DNA of 64,000 nucleotides from TPA_inf: Saccharomyces (taxonomy: Eukaryota): the NCBI GenBank assembly GCA_000146045.2, contig BK006943.2:544001-608000 (forward strand). The letters are read 5' to 3'. The notes under the pieces were generated by a model that saw nothing but the letters and a program-made list of their open reading frames with translations, had not been told where the DNA came from and did not search any database. This document shows positions 43,718 through 54,734 of this stretch, in pieces (position 1 is the stretch's first letter; every line of letters begins with the position of its first letter). A program made the position numbers and the translations under genes.

Positions 43718-46582
43718 ATGGATGGTCAAATAGATAAAATGGAGAAGCGATATAGCATGACCAAACTGGAGAATAGGTTAAGGACTTTCCAAGATGGTGT
43801 TGCACTTGAAAAAAAAAAGTTAAAGTGGAGTTTTAAAGTTATTCCGTATCAGGCAATGGCCAAGCTTGGATTTTACTTTGATCCAGTGATCGATCCTAAG
43901 ACATCTAAACTGAAAAAAGACTCTGTAAGATGTTGCTATTGTCATCGTCAAACATACAATGTGAGAGACTGCAGATCCAAAAGAAAAGATGTTCTTGAGA
44001 CTCTAAGCAATATAATGAGGCAACATCTGACTGTTACTGATAACAAACAAGTTTGCCTCCTTATTTACTTGCGCAATAAGCTATTGACGGACTATAGCTT
44101 CCATATGGGGGTTTCGGACTGGAAAAATGACAAGTACTTCAGCAATCCAGATGATGAAAACGTGATAAACCTAAGAAAATTTACTTTTCAAGATAACTGG
44201 CCTCACAGTGGTTCTCAAAATGAACATCCGCTGGGTATAGAAAAGATGGTGAATGCAGGACTCATGCGATACGACTCCAGCATAGAAGGCTTAGGCGATC
44301 CAAGCATGGATAAAACACTTATGAACGATACCTGTTATTGTATTTATTGCAAACAGTTGTTACAAGGTTGGTCAATAAATGACGATCCGATGAGCCGACA
44401 TTATAAGGTTTCTCAAAATGGGAACTGTTATTTCTTTCAGACACGTAATCGATTTGAGAGAATAAAAAATGACAATGACAGTATCACGAAAAATTGCGAA
44501 GTCTCTCCAACTTTAGGCGAAAATGGGAAAAGAGAAGTGATCAACACGAAAACCGCTTCTCAAAGGCAGTGTCCTTTATTTGAGTCACCTCCATCTAGTA
44601 CTGGTCCTCAACTTGACGATTATAATGAGAAGACAGATATATCTGTTATTCAACATAATATAAGTGTGCTTGATGGAGCACAAGGCGAAAATGTAAAACG
44701 TAATAGTGTGGAAGAAAAAGAACAAATCAACATGGAAAATGGAAGCACTACATTAGAAGAGGGCAATATAAATCGTGATGTTTTAGCAGATAAGAAAGAA
44801 GTTATTTCGACACCAACTGCAAAAGAAATCAAACGTCCAAATGTCCAGCTAACCCAATCATCGTCACCTATAAAAAAGAAAAGAAAGTTTAAGAGAATAT
44901 CGCCTAGAAAAATCTTTGATGAGGAAGATAGCGAACACTCCCTTAATAATAATTCTGCCAACGGAGACAACAAAGATAAGGATTTGGTTATAGATTTTAC
45001 AAGCCATATCATAAAAAATAGAGATGTAGGGAGAAAGAATGCTATTTTAGATGACAGCACAGATGAATTCAGTTTCAGTAACCAAGGACATAACACATTT
45101 GACATACCTATACCAACCTCATCACATTTGCTCAAAGGTATAGATTCAGATAATGACAATGTTATACGAGAAGATGATACTGGCATAAATACAGACACAA
45201 AAGGAGCGTCTTCTAAACACGAAAAATTTTCTGTTAATTCTGAAGAAGATTTAAATTTCAGTGAAGTGAAACTCACAGGTAGAGACAGTAGTACTAATAT
45301 TCTTATAAGAACGCAAATTGTAGATCAGAATTTGGGTGATATCGACAGAGATAAGGTCCCCAATGGTGGATCCCCAGAAGTTCCAAAGACACATGAGTTA
45401 ATTAGAGATAACTCTGAAAAGAGGGAAGCACAAAACGGGGAATTTCGACATCAAAAAGATTCAACTGTACGGCAATCTCCAGATATATTACATTCTAATA
45501 AAAGTGGTGATAATTCCAGTAATATTACCGCAATACCCAAAGAGGAACAAAGGAGAGGCAATAGCAAAACATCCAGCATTCCCGCTGATATTCATCCTAA
45601 ACCAAGGAAAAACTTGCAAGAACCAAGAAGCCTATCAATAAGTGGAAAAGTTGTTCCAACAGAAAGAAAATTAGATAACATCAATATAGATCTAAATTTT
45701 TCGGCGTCCGATTTTTCACCATCATCACAATCTGAGCAATCATCAAAAAGCTCAAGCGTTATTTCAACGCCGGTAGCGAGCCCTAAAATTAATCTCACAC
45801 GCAGTTTGCATGCAGTCAAAGAGCTTTCTGGCCTCAAAAAAGAAACTGACGATGGTAAGTATTTTACTAATAAGCAGGAAACTATAAAAATACTGGAAGA
45901 TGTGTCTGTGAAGAATGAGACCCCAAATAATGAAATGTTACTTTTTGAGACTGGAACCCCGATCGCATCTCAAGAAAACAAGTCAAGAAAATTATTTGAT
46001 GAAGAGTTTTCTGGGAAGGAATTGGATATACCTATAGATTCATCAACTGTAGAAATAAAAAAGGTTATTAAACCCGAATTTGAGCCAGTCCCATCAGTTG
46101 CAAGGAATTTGGTGTCTGGAACCTCTTCATATCCACGGAATTCACGTTTAGAAGAACAAAGAAAGGAAACAAGCACAAGTTTGGCTGATAATTCTAAGAA
46201 AGGAAGTTCATTTAATGAGGGCAACAACGAAAAAGAACCGAATGCAGCAGAATGGTTTAAAATTGATGAAAATAGACACCTTGTAAAAAATTACTTCCAT
46301 GATTTGTTAAAATATATAAATAATAATGATGCTACGCTAGCTAATGACAAAGACGGTGATCTGGCTTTTTTGATTAAGCAAATGCCTGCAGAAGAGTTGG
46401 ACATGACATTCAACAATTGGGTGAACCTAAAAGTGCAATCTATTAAGCGCGAATTTATAGATGACTGTGATAAGAAATTGGACATATTGAGAAGGGATTA
46501 CTATACTGCCACAAATTTTATTGAAACTTTGGAAGATGACAATCAATTGATCGATATTGCTAAGAAAATGGGCATTTTATAG
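43718..46582 (+). CDS. BIR1: Survivin-like chromosomal passenger protein with two BIR zinc fingers, 954 aa
   Basis: Track ORF starts at GTG 43673; first ATG at 43718 gives MDGQIDKMEKRY; N-terminal BIR repeats (C-x2-C...H...C), long S/N/K-rich disordered middle, conserved C-terminus. Confidence 0.92.
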   Translation: MDGQIDKMEKRYSMTKLENRLRTFQDGVALEKKKLKWSFKVIPYQAMAKLGFYFDPVIDPKTSKLKKDSVRCCYCHRQTYNVRDCRSKRKDVLETLSNIMRQHLTVTDNKQVCLLIYLRNKLLTDYSFHMGVSDWKNDKYFSNPDDENVINLRKFTFQDNWPHSGSQNEHPLGIEKMVNAGLMRYDSSIEGLGDPSMDKTLMNDTCYCIYCKQLLQGWSINDDPMSRHYKVSQNGNCYFFQTRNRFERIKNDNDSITKNCEVSPTLGENGKREVINTKTASQRQCPLFESPPSSTGPQLDDYNEKTDISVIQHNISVLDGAQGENVKRNSVEEKEQINMENGSTTLEEGNINRDVLADKKEVISTPTAKEIKRPNVQLTQSSSPIKKKRKFKRISPRKIFDEEDSEHSLNNNSANGDNKDKDLVIDFTSHIIKNRDVGRKNAILDDSTDEFSFSNQGHNTFDIPIPTSSHLLKGIDSDNDNVIREDDTGINTDTKGASSKHEKFSVNSEEDLNFSEVKLTGRDSSTNILIRTQIVDQNLGDIDRDKVPNGGSPEVPKTHELIRDNSEKREAQNGEFRHQKDSTVRQSPDILHSNKSGDNSSNITAIPKEEQRRGNSKTSSIPADIHPKPRKNLQEPRSLSISGKVVPTERKLDNINIDLNFSASDFSPSSQSEQSSKSSSVISTPVASPKINLTRSLHAVKELSGLKKETDDGKYFTNKQETIKILEDVSVKNETPNNEMLLFETGTPIASQENKSRKLFDEEFSGKELDIPIDSSTVEIKKVIKPEFEPVPSVARNLVSGTSSYPRNSRLEEQRKETSTSLADNSKKGSSFNEGNNEKEPNAAEWFKIDENRHLVKNYFHDLLKYINNNDATLANDKDGDLAFLIKQMPAEELDMTFNNWVNLKVQSIKREFIDDCDKKLDILRRDYYTATNFIETLEDDNQLIDIAKKMGIL

Positions 46583-46871
46583 CTAACTAATTTGATAAAC
46601 AGGCTAAAGGTTTGTATTTTTTGTAGTTTTGAAACTGTGTATAGAATGTTTCGCCGCATCGCAGATATCTGCAGGGAACTGTTGACATAGCATCTTCTGT
46701 GGACGTGACAACGTTACGTATATTCGTTGATACCGCAAGTCTATAGCGTATACATGCTAAGGCAAAAAGTTTCAAAGTGAATGCATTATGTATTTATATG
46801 TAAATAAGTAAGAAAAGTGGGATTTTGAAAATAAAGGTGTAGTAGGACAGTAAGTATTCAATGAAATACAA

Positions 46872-49800
46872 TTATAACATATCTTCATCGGGCGTTCCTG
46901 ATGCTTCATCCATTTGAGAATCAATGGCAGTGTCAGGCATTGATTCGTCAATTGTGTTGTTGTTATTGTTCCTAACCATGTTCTGATTACGAAGTCCCAT
47001 TTGGAGATTCCTCATCTGGTCAGGTGATATTTGCATTCTATTGCCAAACTGACGCCAGAAATTTGGATTTTCTGTTTCATTGTCATCATTACCATTGTTA
47101 GTTTCATTGTTACTTGTATCGTTTGCCCCAGCATCCGATACAATATTCACTATGTTGTTGGCGTTCCGGTTGGCGTCATTGTCATTATTGTTATTCCATG
47201 CTGATCTTTGGTGGGCTATTAATAGTTCTCTTTGTCTGGTTAACAATGTTATGTTATCTTTTAAATATAGTCTCAAAACAACGGTGGAGAGCTTGTACTT
47301 CTGAACCACCATAATGAATTTGTCAATGAATAAAAGTCGCCATATTAAAAGCCCTTTTTGGTAATCTATGTTGCCCGATTCCTGAACCGTTTTTTGTACT
47401 AAACAAATTTGTCTGTTTAATTCAATCATTTGCATATAGGTTTGAGTCATTTCATGAAGTAAAAAACCAGTAAACTGAAACTGAACTCTTACCAAACTAG
47501 CAACATTCACCTCGAAATCATCAATATGATCATTTAACTCATGGAATTTTCTAACAATATGACACATTTCACTGTTAATTTCCCGGTTTACACCAGGTGC
47601 TACGACATAATCTTGATCATCGTCCACATCACTAAATGGATCTTCACAAAACGTCTTGTTTACTTGCAATAATAGTGAGTTAACTTCCTCCGAGCTCATC
47701 CTAATGCCATCAAAAGTATTGAGATACCAACTGAATACTTCATCTATTCGTTCAAAATTGATATTCTGGAAAAGAAAATCGTTATTTAGACCGTTGATTT
47801 GATTTAATCCTGTAGCAGCTATAATTGCAGCGGAATCTTGATTTAAATCAGTTATGATTCTCCTAAGAGCATCTTCAAGTGTTTCACCGTTAAATATCAA
47901 ATTCTTGGATCTAATATATTTTGTCAAAACATCATTTACATCGACATGTGGTCCAAAAGCGGGCGACGTTAAATTTACTAAATAATGGCGAAGTTTATGA
48001 ACACCTTTCCCTGAAAATACGCAGAATATTTGACGTTGATTTTCACTAAAGTCTGAGGGTGCAGGCCTGCAATACATCGTTATATCGGGGCGTAAAAATG
48101 ACGGAACAGCAGTCAAAGACAAATGTGAGAGCCTTGGGCAAGACATTAGAAGCTCATATATCGGATATATTGTTAAATTAGAACAGTAAGATAAATGTAC
48201 CCTTTCTAAAGTATCATTTCGGCCTCGCAAGGAAACCATATTCAACAAACCCTCGTCAGTCATTTGCGTACATTTGACAAGGCCAATTCTCTTTAATTTT
48301 GGTAAGTCTGCTAGTTCATAAAGAGTTCTATTGGTTAAATTCGTACAGCACGCAAAGTCCACATACTGTATTCTTGTACATGAATGAAAGAGTGCTCTTA
48401 CCCCGTTATCAGTTATATTGAAACAGTGCCCAAAATGCACTGTTTGCAAGTTTTTGCCCAGCTTCGATAATTGGAACAACGATGCATCTGTAATTCGGCT
48501 ACACTTGCCTAGAAAAACATTACGTAATTTAGGGGCTAAATTGACTATACTTTCTATAGTTTTATCTGTAATATTTTCACATCCAGAAAGATCAATCAAT
48601 CTTAAAGAGGGCATATCGTCAACTACTTTAGAAAGCTCCTGGAAAAGATTATCCGTAATATTCGTATTATGAGTTATTCTGAATTCCCTCAGCTGAACTA
48701 ACCTAGTGAGGAGTTTTAACAAACTAGAATCAGTGACATTTGGACTTAATGTTATATCGACCTCTACAAGCAAAGGGCATTTGTTGGCTAATAGTTCTAC
48801 TAATTCGTCATTCATGTTATTGTTTGCTGTGATTTTTATTCTTTTCAACATCGGGGAATGGACTATGAAATTCCGCAGTGAATCGAATGTTACATTCCTT
48901 GCCTGAGGAACATAAAAGCCCTGTACTCTGGGACAATATGTCGCTAAGGTATCAAATACGTCATCGGAAACGTCTCTTATTCCAGTGATATCCACACTTT
49001 GGAGAAATTTACATCCTCTCAAAACAGCCGATATTGGAACACTGGTTATATGCTTGCAAAATACTAAAGTTAGTCGCTCCAAATTCTTACATCCGACAAA
49101 ATAGTTAAGCTCTGTATCGTGCATGTAGTCACCAACAAATGAAAAATTTAATCTTTTGATCATTAAACGATAGTTGAATACAGTTTCTTCAGAAGTTAAC
49201 TTCATAGTCCTTAAAAACAAGTCTAATTGACTCTTTTTGTTGATGTGCGGTCTGTAATAAAGTATCTTCACAATTATTTCAGCCCAGAGTTTGGAAACGG
49301 TAAGGAATTTTACAATATCATATTTTTGGTTAAGTTTATCTAATATTAAGTGTAATATTTCCGAGGGTAGCATGTTTAGGGCAAACACAGGTGATCTTCG
49401 GGTGACACTCGTACATATGTTTTGATTTGATGGATTCGAAAGCACATTATTTATGAACTGCCTTGAATATCTCGAAAGATCTTGTAGCCCTTCTTTCAAG
49501 TCAGATGATTCAGTAGTATCTATGGAGTTTATCCAAATGATGAAATTATCTGTTGGATTTTCCACTTGTTGACCTCTTAGCTTGGAATGGCAGTATGCAT
49601 ATAATGACTTTTTGTACTCTTCTATAATTGTTAATATTTTTAGCCTTAAATTTCTAATTTCCATGTTTTCTGTCTCTAGCGCCCTAAGCCTCATTCTTTG
49701 TAATTTATGCAAATAACTAATTGCTTGTGGGGAGTTATCAATACGTAGCTCCTTTAGTTTAAGGTTGTCTAGCTCAATTTCGTTCAGTATTTTTTTTCTA

Positions 49801-50186
49801 CGTTTCTCTATAACAACCAGAAACTCTTGGATTTTTTTGCCCACTATTAGCTTGAATTCGTGGATTTGCTTCCGTTCTTCCTCTGGTAGGTTCGGTAACA
49901 ATCGATTAAGTTGATCTATTTGAACATTGACACCATTCATAAGGTTTGTGTTCACAGTGTTTATGTCAATCCCGTTCAGCGCATTTGTTTGCTGTTGTGG
50001 TTGAAATGTCAGCGAAAAGTTTTGATTTAGCGGTTGTCCGTTGTTGGTTGGCAAAAGCGTTTCCCGTTGAATACTATCGAACCTAAAGATATTATTTAGC
50101 GTTGCATCCCTAACCTCACTTGCATTTCTTTCCGAAGTTGCCGTTTCTCTAGTTCGTGATGGCATTTGTGGTCTTGTGCTATTATT

Positions 50187-50218
<32 letters not shown>

Positions 50219-50327
50219 CGTCAAAATCACCGCTACTATTCAGCCACAATTGAGGGCCCAAATTTGGATGTATATCAGGTGGGTGCAGCCTATTGCTGTC
50301 ATTGTGGTTGTTGTTATCCTGATCCAT
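46872..50327 (-). CDS. GRR1: SCF ubiquitin-ligase F-box/LRR protein, 1151 aa
   Basis: Track start at 50381 is a TTG; ATG at 50327 gives MDQDNNNHNDSNRLHPP; poly-Asn tract; F-box (LPSEILHLILDKL) followed by many leucine-rich repeats. Confidence 0.95.
50181..50219 (-). repeat. GRR1: Coding trinucleotide repeat (AAT)3(AAC)10 in GRR1 encoding a poly-Asn run
   Basis: Plus strand attattatt(gtt)10; translates to DDNNNNNNNNNNNNNST near the GRR1 N-terminus. Confidence 0.9.
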
Positions 50328-51060
50328 TATAGACCTTCTTAGTATAAAGGAAACCGCAAAACTGTTTAGCCTCACTACCAATGATAATTATTGTGCCGAA
50401 ATCAATGAGAAATTTCAAGATTTCACGCAGGTGTAAGCTTAAATGCAATGCCTTAATTTTTGGGCTTCCCTGCTAGTTGGACACAAGTACGATTTTGATA
50501 TTCAAAAACCGGGCTTCTAAGAGAACGATTAAATGAAAACGAATTATTGTGTAAAATCGAAAAACTGGTGAAGTATGGACAAAAGAAAGTAACACACAGG
50601 CACAGTTAAATTTGGTGTTATGTATTTTGCCACGCCTTTTTTGATAATCATATCACTAAATTTGTTAAAAGGCAAATTTTAAAACAAGTTCCTTTACCAA
50701 GGAAGGTCCATAGGCGGGTAACCTCAGTAGTAATGAAAGCCTAGTAATGATGACTATAAATGTTCATTAACACATCTGGGTAATAAATGATGATATTTTT
50801 AAAAACTGTATAAAACTTTATGGATTTATTTAATCATGATTAGGTGTAGAAAAAAAATTTGGCGATATGATGGCTTGAAAAAGACACGTCTTCCCAGTAA
50901 TGAAAATGCCCAAATTCTTCATTAGCTCGCTCATATTCTATTAGGATTTGAACCATAAAACCGTTGGGGGTAAATGAGATAGTTTTGAATGGATGCAGGT
51001 ATGAGAAGAAAACGGCGTGGTCTCCCAATGATGACGGAAATAAAAGAAAACATGGGGACG

Positions 51061-54000
51061 TCAGTTTGCAGAGTGTAAAGTCAGAGTTTCAAAAACGGTG
51101 TTATCGTCGTTATAGTTCGTGTTGTTATTATTGTTGTTGTTGTTCGTATGAGGTTGTGAGGAGCCAACATTGTTTACTAATTCCATAGTAGTGTTGTTAT
51201 GGTTAGTTAGGCTCAGTTGTGGCAACGATAAACGGGTTCCGTTATTAAAGTTTAGCATATCAAACTGGGAACTTAAGTCATCGTTGTTCATAGCATATCC
51301 ATTACTGGCGTTGCCTGAAAAGCCGCTGACAGGGAAGACGCCAGGATAACTAAAATAGCCCATTGAAGAATTAGAATTGGCATTCAATGGTTGGCCCGGG
51401 GATAATGTAGAGGCAGAAGAACCATTTGTAGTCGTGGTGTTCATTGTGGTATGTTTAGATCCACCACTTTTAACGCTAGAAACAGAAAGACCTCTCATGT
51501 GTTGTCCAGAAGTATCAGGAGTGGCGAACATGTGCGAAATGCTGCTGTTATGATGCTGCTGCTGTTGTTGTTTTGTCTTGTTATGAGTACTAGAGGGTGA
51601 TGCCAACCCGACTTCTTCCAATAAACGGCGGCTTGGTTGGATTTGAGTAGAATCCGTCAATACTTTTCTGACTTGTTTAATGATGTGGGCTCTTAAGTCA
51701 TCTTCTAATAATGGCATTGCTAAAACTTTATGGACAAAGGTTGGGCCATAATTTGTTTCACATAAAAGCTTTGTTAATTCCTTTGGTGGCGAAGAATCGT
51801 GTGCGTTCACGTTTCCAAATAGGGAATCTAGGATGATTTTTCTAGCGTTATCATCCCCTCTGTAATTCAAGACCTTCAAAATAGTCAAAGAAGCCAATCT
51901 GTGGCCACATAACTCTACAATTCTTTTCGTCAATCTTGGTGCCAAGATAGAATGTCTGTTGGGTAAAACACTAGTATCTAAAAACCACGTTACTAACAAC
52001 GCACCATTGCTATTAGTGCTTAGATATTCAGCATATGTAACGATCATTGCACTCAAAACTATTGATTGTTCAGGAGTTACAATGTCATGTGCCTCTAAAC
52101 AAGCTCTGACTGCCCTTGCACCATATCTATTCTGAACAATAACCCAAAAATTAGCTATTATACTTTCAAAAATAAACTGGTTCCAGGGGAATCCAAATTT
52201 CAAAACGCACTGTATGACATAATTTCCGAATTGGTCATTGATTAATGGAGTACAGTAGTCCTTGACCCCTTGCGTCACTTGCATGATTTGTCTCGGAGTA
52301 TGCGCCATAGTGATCATCTTCTGACAAGCCCATGTTCCGTTTTTGTGAACACCCATAGAGGTTAGGTATTTGCTTGTTTTCCTCAGCATGATGTCTTTAA
52401 TAATATCAGATGAATGTTCAAATAATTTTTGAACGATAGTGTTACCCAAGTAATCTGAACTCAATTCGGGCAATTCGTCAAGCATTGCAATAGCCAACTG
52501 TTCGATCTCTAAGTCGGAAAATGCGTTTGAATCGATTGATTTTCGCAATTCGCGTAATTTTGGTGGATCGAACTCCCTGCCAGACAATGGTTCTGGTAAA
52601 GGTCCAAAGTTTTGCGTATCGGAAGTGCCTTTGTGATTCAGCGATTTTTTTATCAACGAATTGATTTGGTATTCATCGGAATTTGCTTCAAAAAGTTCGA
52701 TGATCTCTCTTAACAAATCTTCCTTTTCGTTAACGTTAGGTGGTGGTAGAGGGAAAGGACATTGTTCTTTTTCATTTGCTGAGTTATTGTTGTTTCCGTG
52801 CATACTATTGTTATTATTATAACCATGGAGAACATTGCTAAAACCAGCAGAACCCGAACTATGGTTTTGGTGCTGCGATTGTTGTGATTGCTGGTTAAAT
52901 ACAGGTATAGAAACATTTCCTTGTTGTTGGAAAGTCACAGCTCCATTGAATAACTGCTCCTGTAATAAAGGCTGTGGTTGCAAATTGTTGTTTTCTAAAC
53001 CCAATGGCAAGCCTTGAGAATTGAGAAGAAATTGTGGGGGTTGTTGATGCATAGGTAAGATTTTGGCAAATGAAATTTTACTTGGTGCTCCAATCATAGA
53101 TACCTCCTTGCCCTGTAAACTATCTAAGGCTTTTACGGCACTTTCCACGGAAGAAAATTCAACTAAAGCCATGTTTAAATTCCTTAAAGTCCTAGCAGAT
53201 ATGACTTCACCATATTTGGAGCATAGGGTTGCCAAGGAAGTACTTGTTAAGTTTATCGCGTTATTTAATTGTGGCTGCTGGTGCTGTAGGGGAAAAACGT
53301 TGGAAATAGAAATGGTATTTGTGGGTAAAAGGTTCGATATTTGGTTTATTGATGGTACAGTGGGGTCCATTGTTACCCAATTGATGGATTGCGGATCTAT
53401 TTCATCAGCAATCAATGGAGATTCCTGTGTTGGAATAGTATAGTGCGATGAAATACTGGCACGAGCGGGCTGTTCGTACAGTGGAGCGTCGGTATATATG
53501 CTAGACGCGTTGGATTGAGATCTCTGTCTGGTATTTGACCAAACAGAGTTTGGGATAGCCAAGTTATTCGTATTCATCTTATTATCTGCCATTTGGCTTC
53601 CACTAGTAGATACCATGTTGTCAAAATATGCAGTTTTTGTCGAATAATCGTTGAGCGTGTTTGAATTAGTTGTATTATTGCTTGTCGTAGGTTGCAATTG
53701 TTGCAAAAGGTGCTGTTGCATGGGATCGTTCGCACTAGCATTTGAAGACCATATTCCGCTCGAAGTACGAGGCTTGGGGGCGATTGATGAAATGGAAGTT
53801 ATCTGAGAAGACATTGTGTTGTTTCTCGTCCTCGAGATCTGATGTGGCAAGTTAAACGAGTCGCTAGATCCTCGGGGGGCAGGAATTAAGAAGTTATTAC
53901 TCGAGTCAGGAAAATGCACCAATTTTTCCATGTCTTGAGGAGGGGTTAAACTGCCAGGTCTATCCATAGTTACACCGTCTATAGAACTTTCCATCATCTT

Positions 54001-54336
54001 ACTCCTGGAAGGGCTGGCCCTTGGTGTCTTGGACGCCACCGTAGATTGGGAACTGTTGTTGCTAGAGGAAAACTCAGCACCGTTCTTTCCGTGACTATTT
54101 TTCTTCGAATGGTGTAACTTGGCACTGATGGAGGGCAAAAGGTTACTCAATGTATTAGAAAATTTTCCTGCTCGCGACCTATATGATCCAAGCTTTTGGG
54201 GTTGTTGCTGCAGTTGGCTATTACTCTCTCCATTGTTCTCGTATTCTTCCTCGTATATTGGGATAGTGATGCCAGGGTCAATCACCTCGGGGATGTTGGA
54301 CAAGTTGTTGATGTTCATCTGCTTACTTTTATCCAT
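51061..54336 (-). CDS. JSN1: PUF-family RNA-binding protein, 1091 aa
   Basis: Track start 54387 is a TTG; ATG at 54336 gives MDKSKQMNINNL; N/Q/S-rich N-terminus, RRM-like region, C-terminal Pumilio repeats. Confidence 0.93.
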   Translation of the reverse strand: MDKSKQMNINNLSNIPEVIDPGITIPIYEEEYENNGESNSQLQQQPQKLGSYRSRAGKFSNTLSNLLPSISAKLHHSKKNSHGKNGAEFSSSNNSSQSTVASKTPRASPSRSKMMESSIDGVTMDRPGSLTPPQDMEKLVHFPDSSNNFLIPAPRGSSDSFNLPHQISRTRNNTMSSQITSISSIAPKPRTSSGIWSSNASANDPMQQHLLQQLQPTTSNNTTNSNTLNDYSTKTAYFDNMVSTSGSQMADNKMNTNNLAIPNSVWSNTRQRSQSNASSIYTDAPLYEQPARASISSHYTIPTQESPLIADEIDPQSINWVTMDPTVPSINQISNLLPTNTISISNVFPLQHQQPQLNNAINLTSTSLATLCSKYGEVISARTLRNLNMALVEFSSVESAVKALDSLQGKEVSMIGAPSKISFAKILPMHQQPPQFLLNSQGLPLGLENNNLQPQPLLQEQLFNGAVTFQQQGNVSIPVFNQQSQQSQHQNHSSGSAGFSNVLHGYNNNNSMHGNNNNSANEKEQCPFPLPPPNVNEKEDLLREIIELFEANSDEYQINSLIKKSLNHKGTSDTQNFGPLPEPLSGREFDPPKLRELRKSIDSNAFSDLEIEQLAIAMLDELPELSSDYLGNTIVQKLFEHSSDIIKDIMLRKTSKYLTSMGVHKNGTWACQKMITMAHTPRQIMQVTQGVKDYCTPLINDQFGNYVIQCVLKFGFPWNQFIFESIIANFWVIVQNRYGARAVRACLEAHDIVTPEQSIVLSAMIVTYAEYLSTNSNGALLVTWFLDTSVLPNRHSILAPRLTKRIVELCGHRLASLTILKVLNYRGDDNARKIILDSLFGNVNAHDSSPPKELTKLLCETNYGPTFVHKVLAMPLLEDDLRAHIIKQVRKVLTDSTQIQPSRRLLEEVGLASPSSTHNKTKQQQQQHHNSSISHMFATPDTSGQHMRGLSVSSVKSGGSKHTTMNTTTTNGSSASTLSPGQPLNANSNSSMGYFSYPGVFPVSGFSGNASNGYAMNNDDLSSQFDMLNFNNGTRLSLPQLSLTNHNNTTMELVNNVGSSQPHTNNNNNNNNTNYNDDNTVFETLTLHSAN

Positions 54337-54734
54337 CTTAAGAAGGAATAAATAGACGTTCACGCTCTTTCTCACACATACACACAAATCTCTCGAAGTG
54401 CCTCTTATTGTTTTAACTATTCATCTCTATGCGCCATTGGTCATCCTACGAGAAACGCCCCCCTTTGTCCCAATAATTGTCGGCGGGTAATTTGTCCAAA
54501 TGAAAAAGAGACATTGTCGCGAGGAACGAATAGATGACCCGATTTGGAAAAAGGTAAACAACAATGAAATATTCCTCGAGAAAACAATAATGTTTATTTA
54601 TGCAAAGGAAACACTTAGAAGGGAACATCTCCATTCACTAAACTTCGTTGGTTTGGTGTATATTTCTTTGATTCAGTCTGTGCAAGAAGAATTTTTTAGT
54701 TCATTAAATTATATAAAAACAAAAGTACAGAAGC

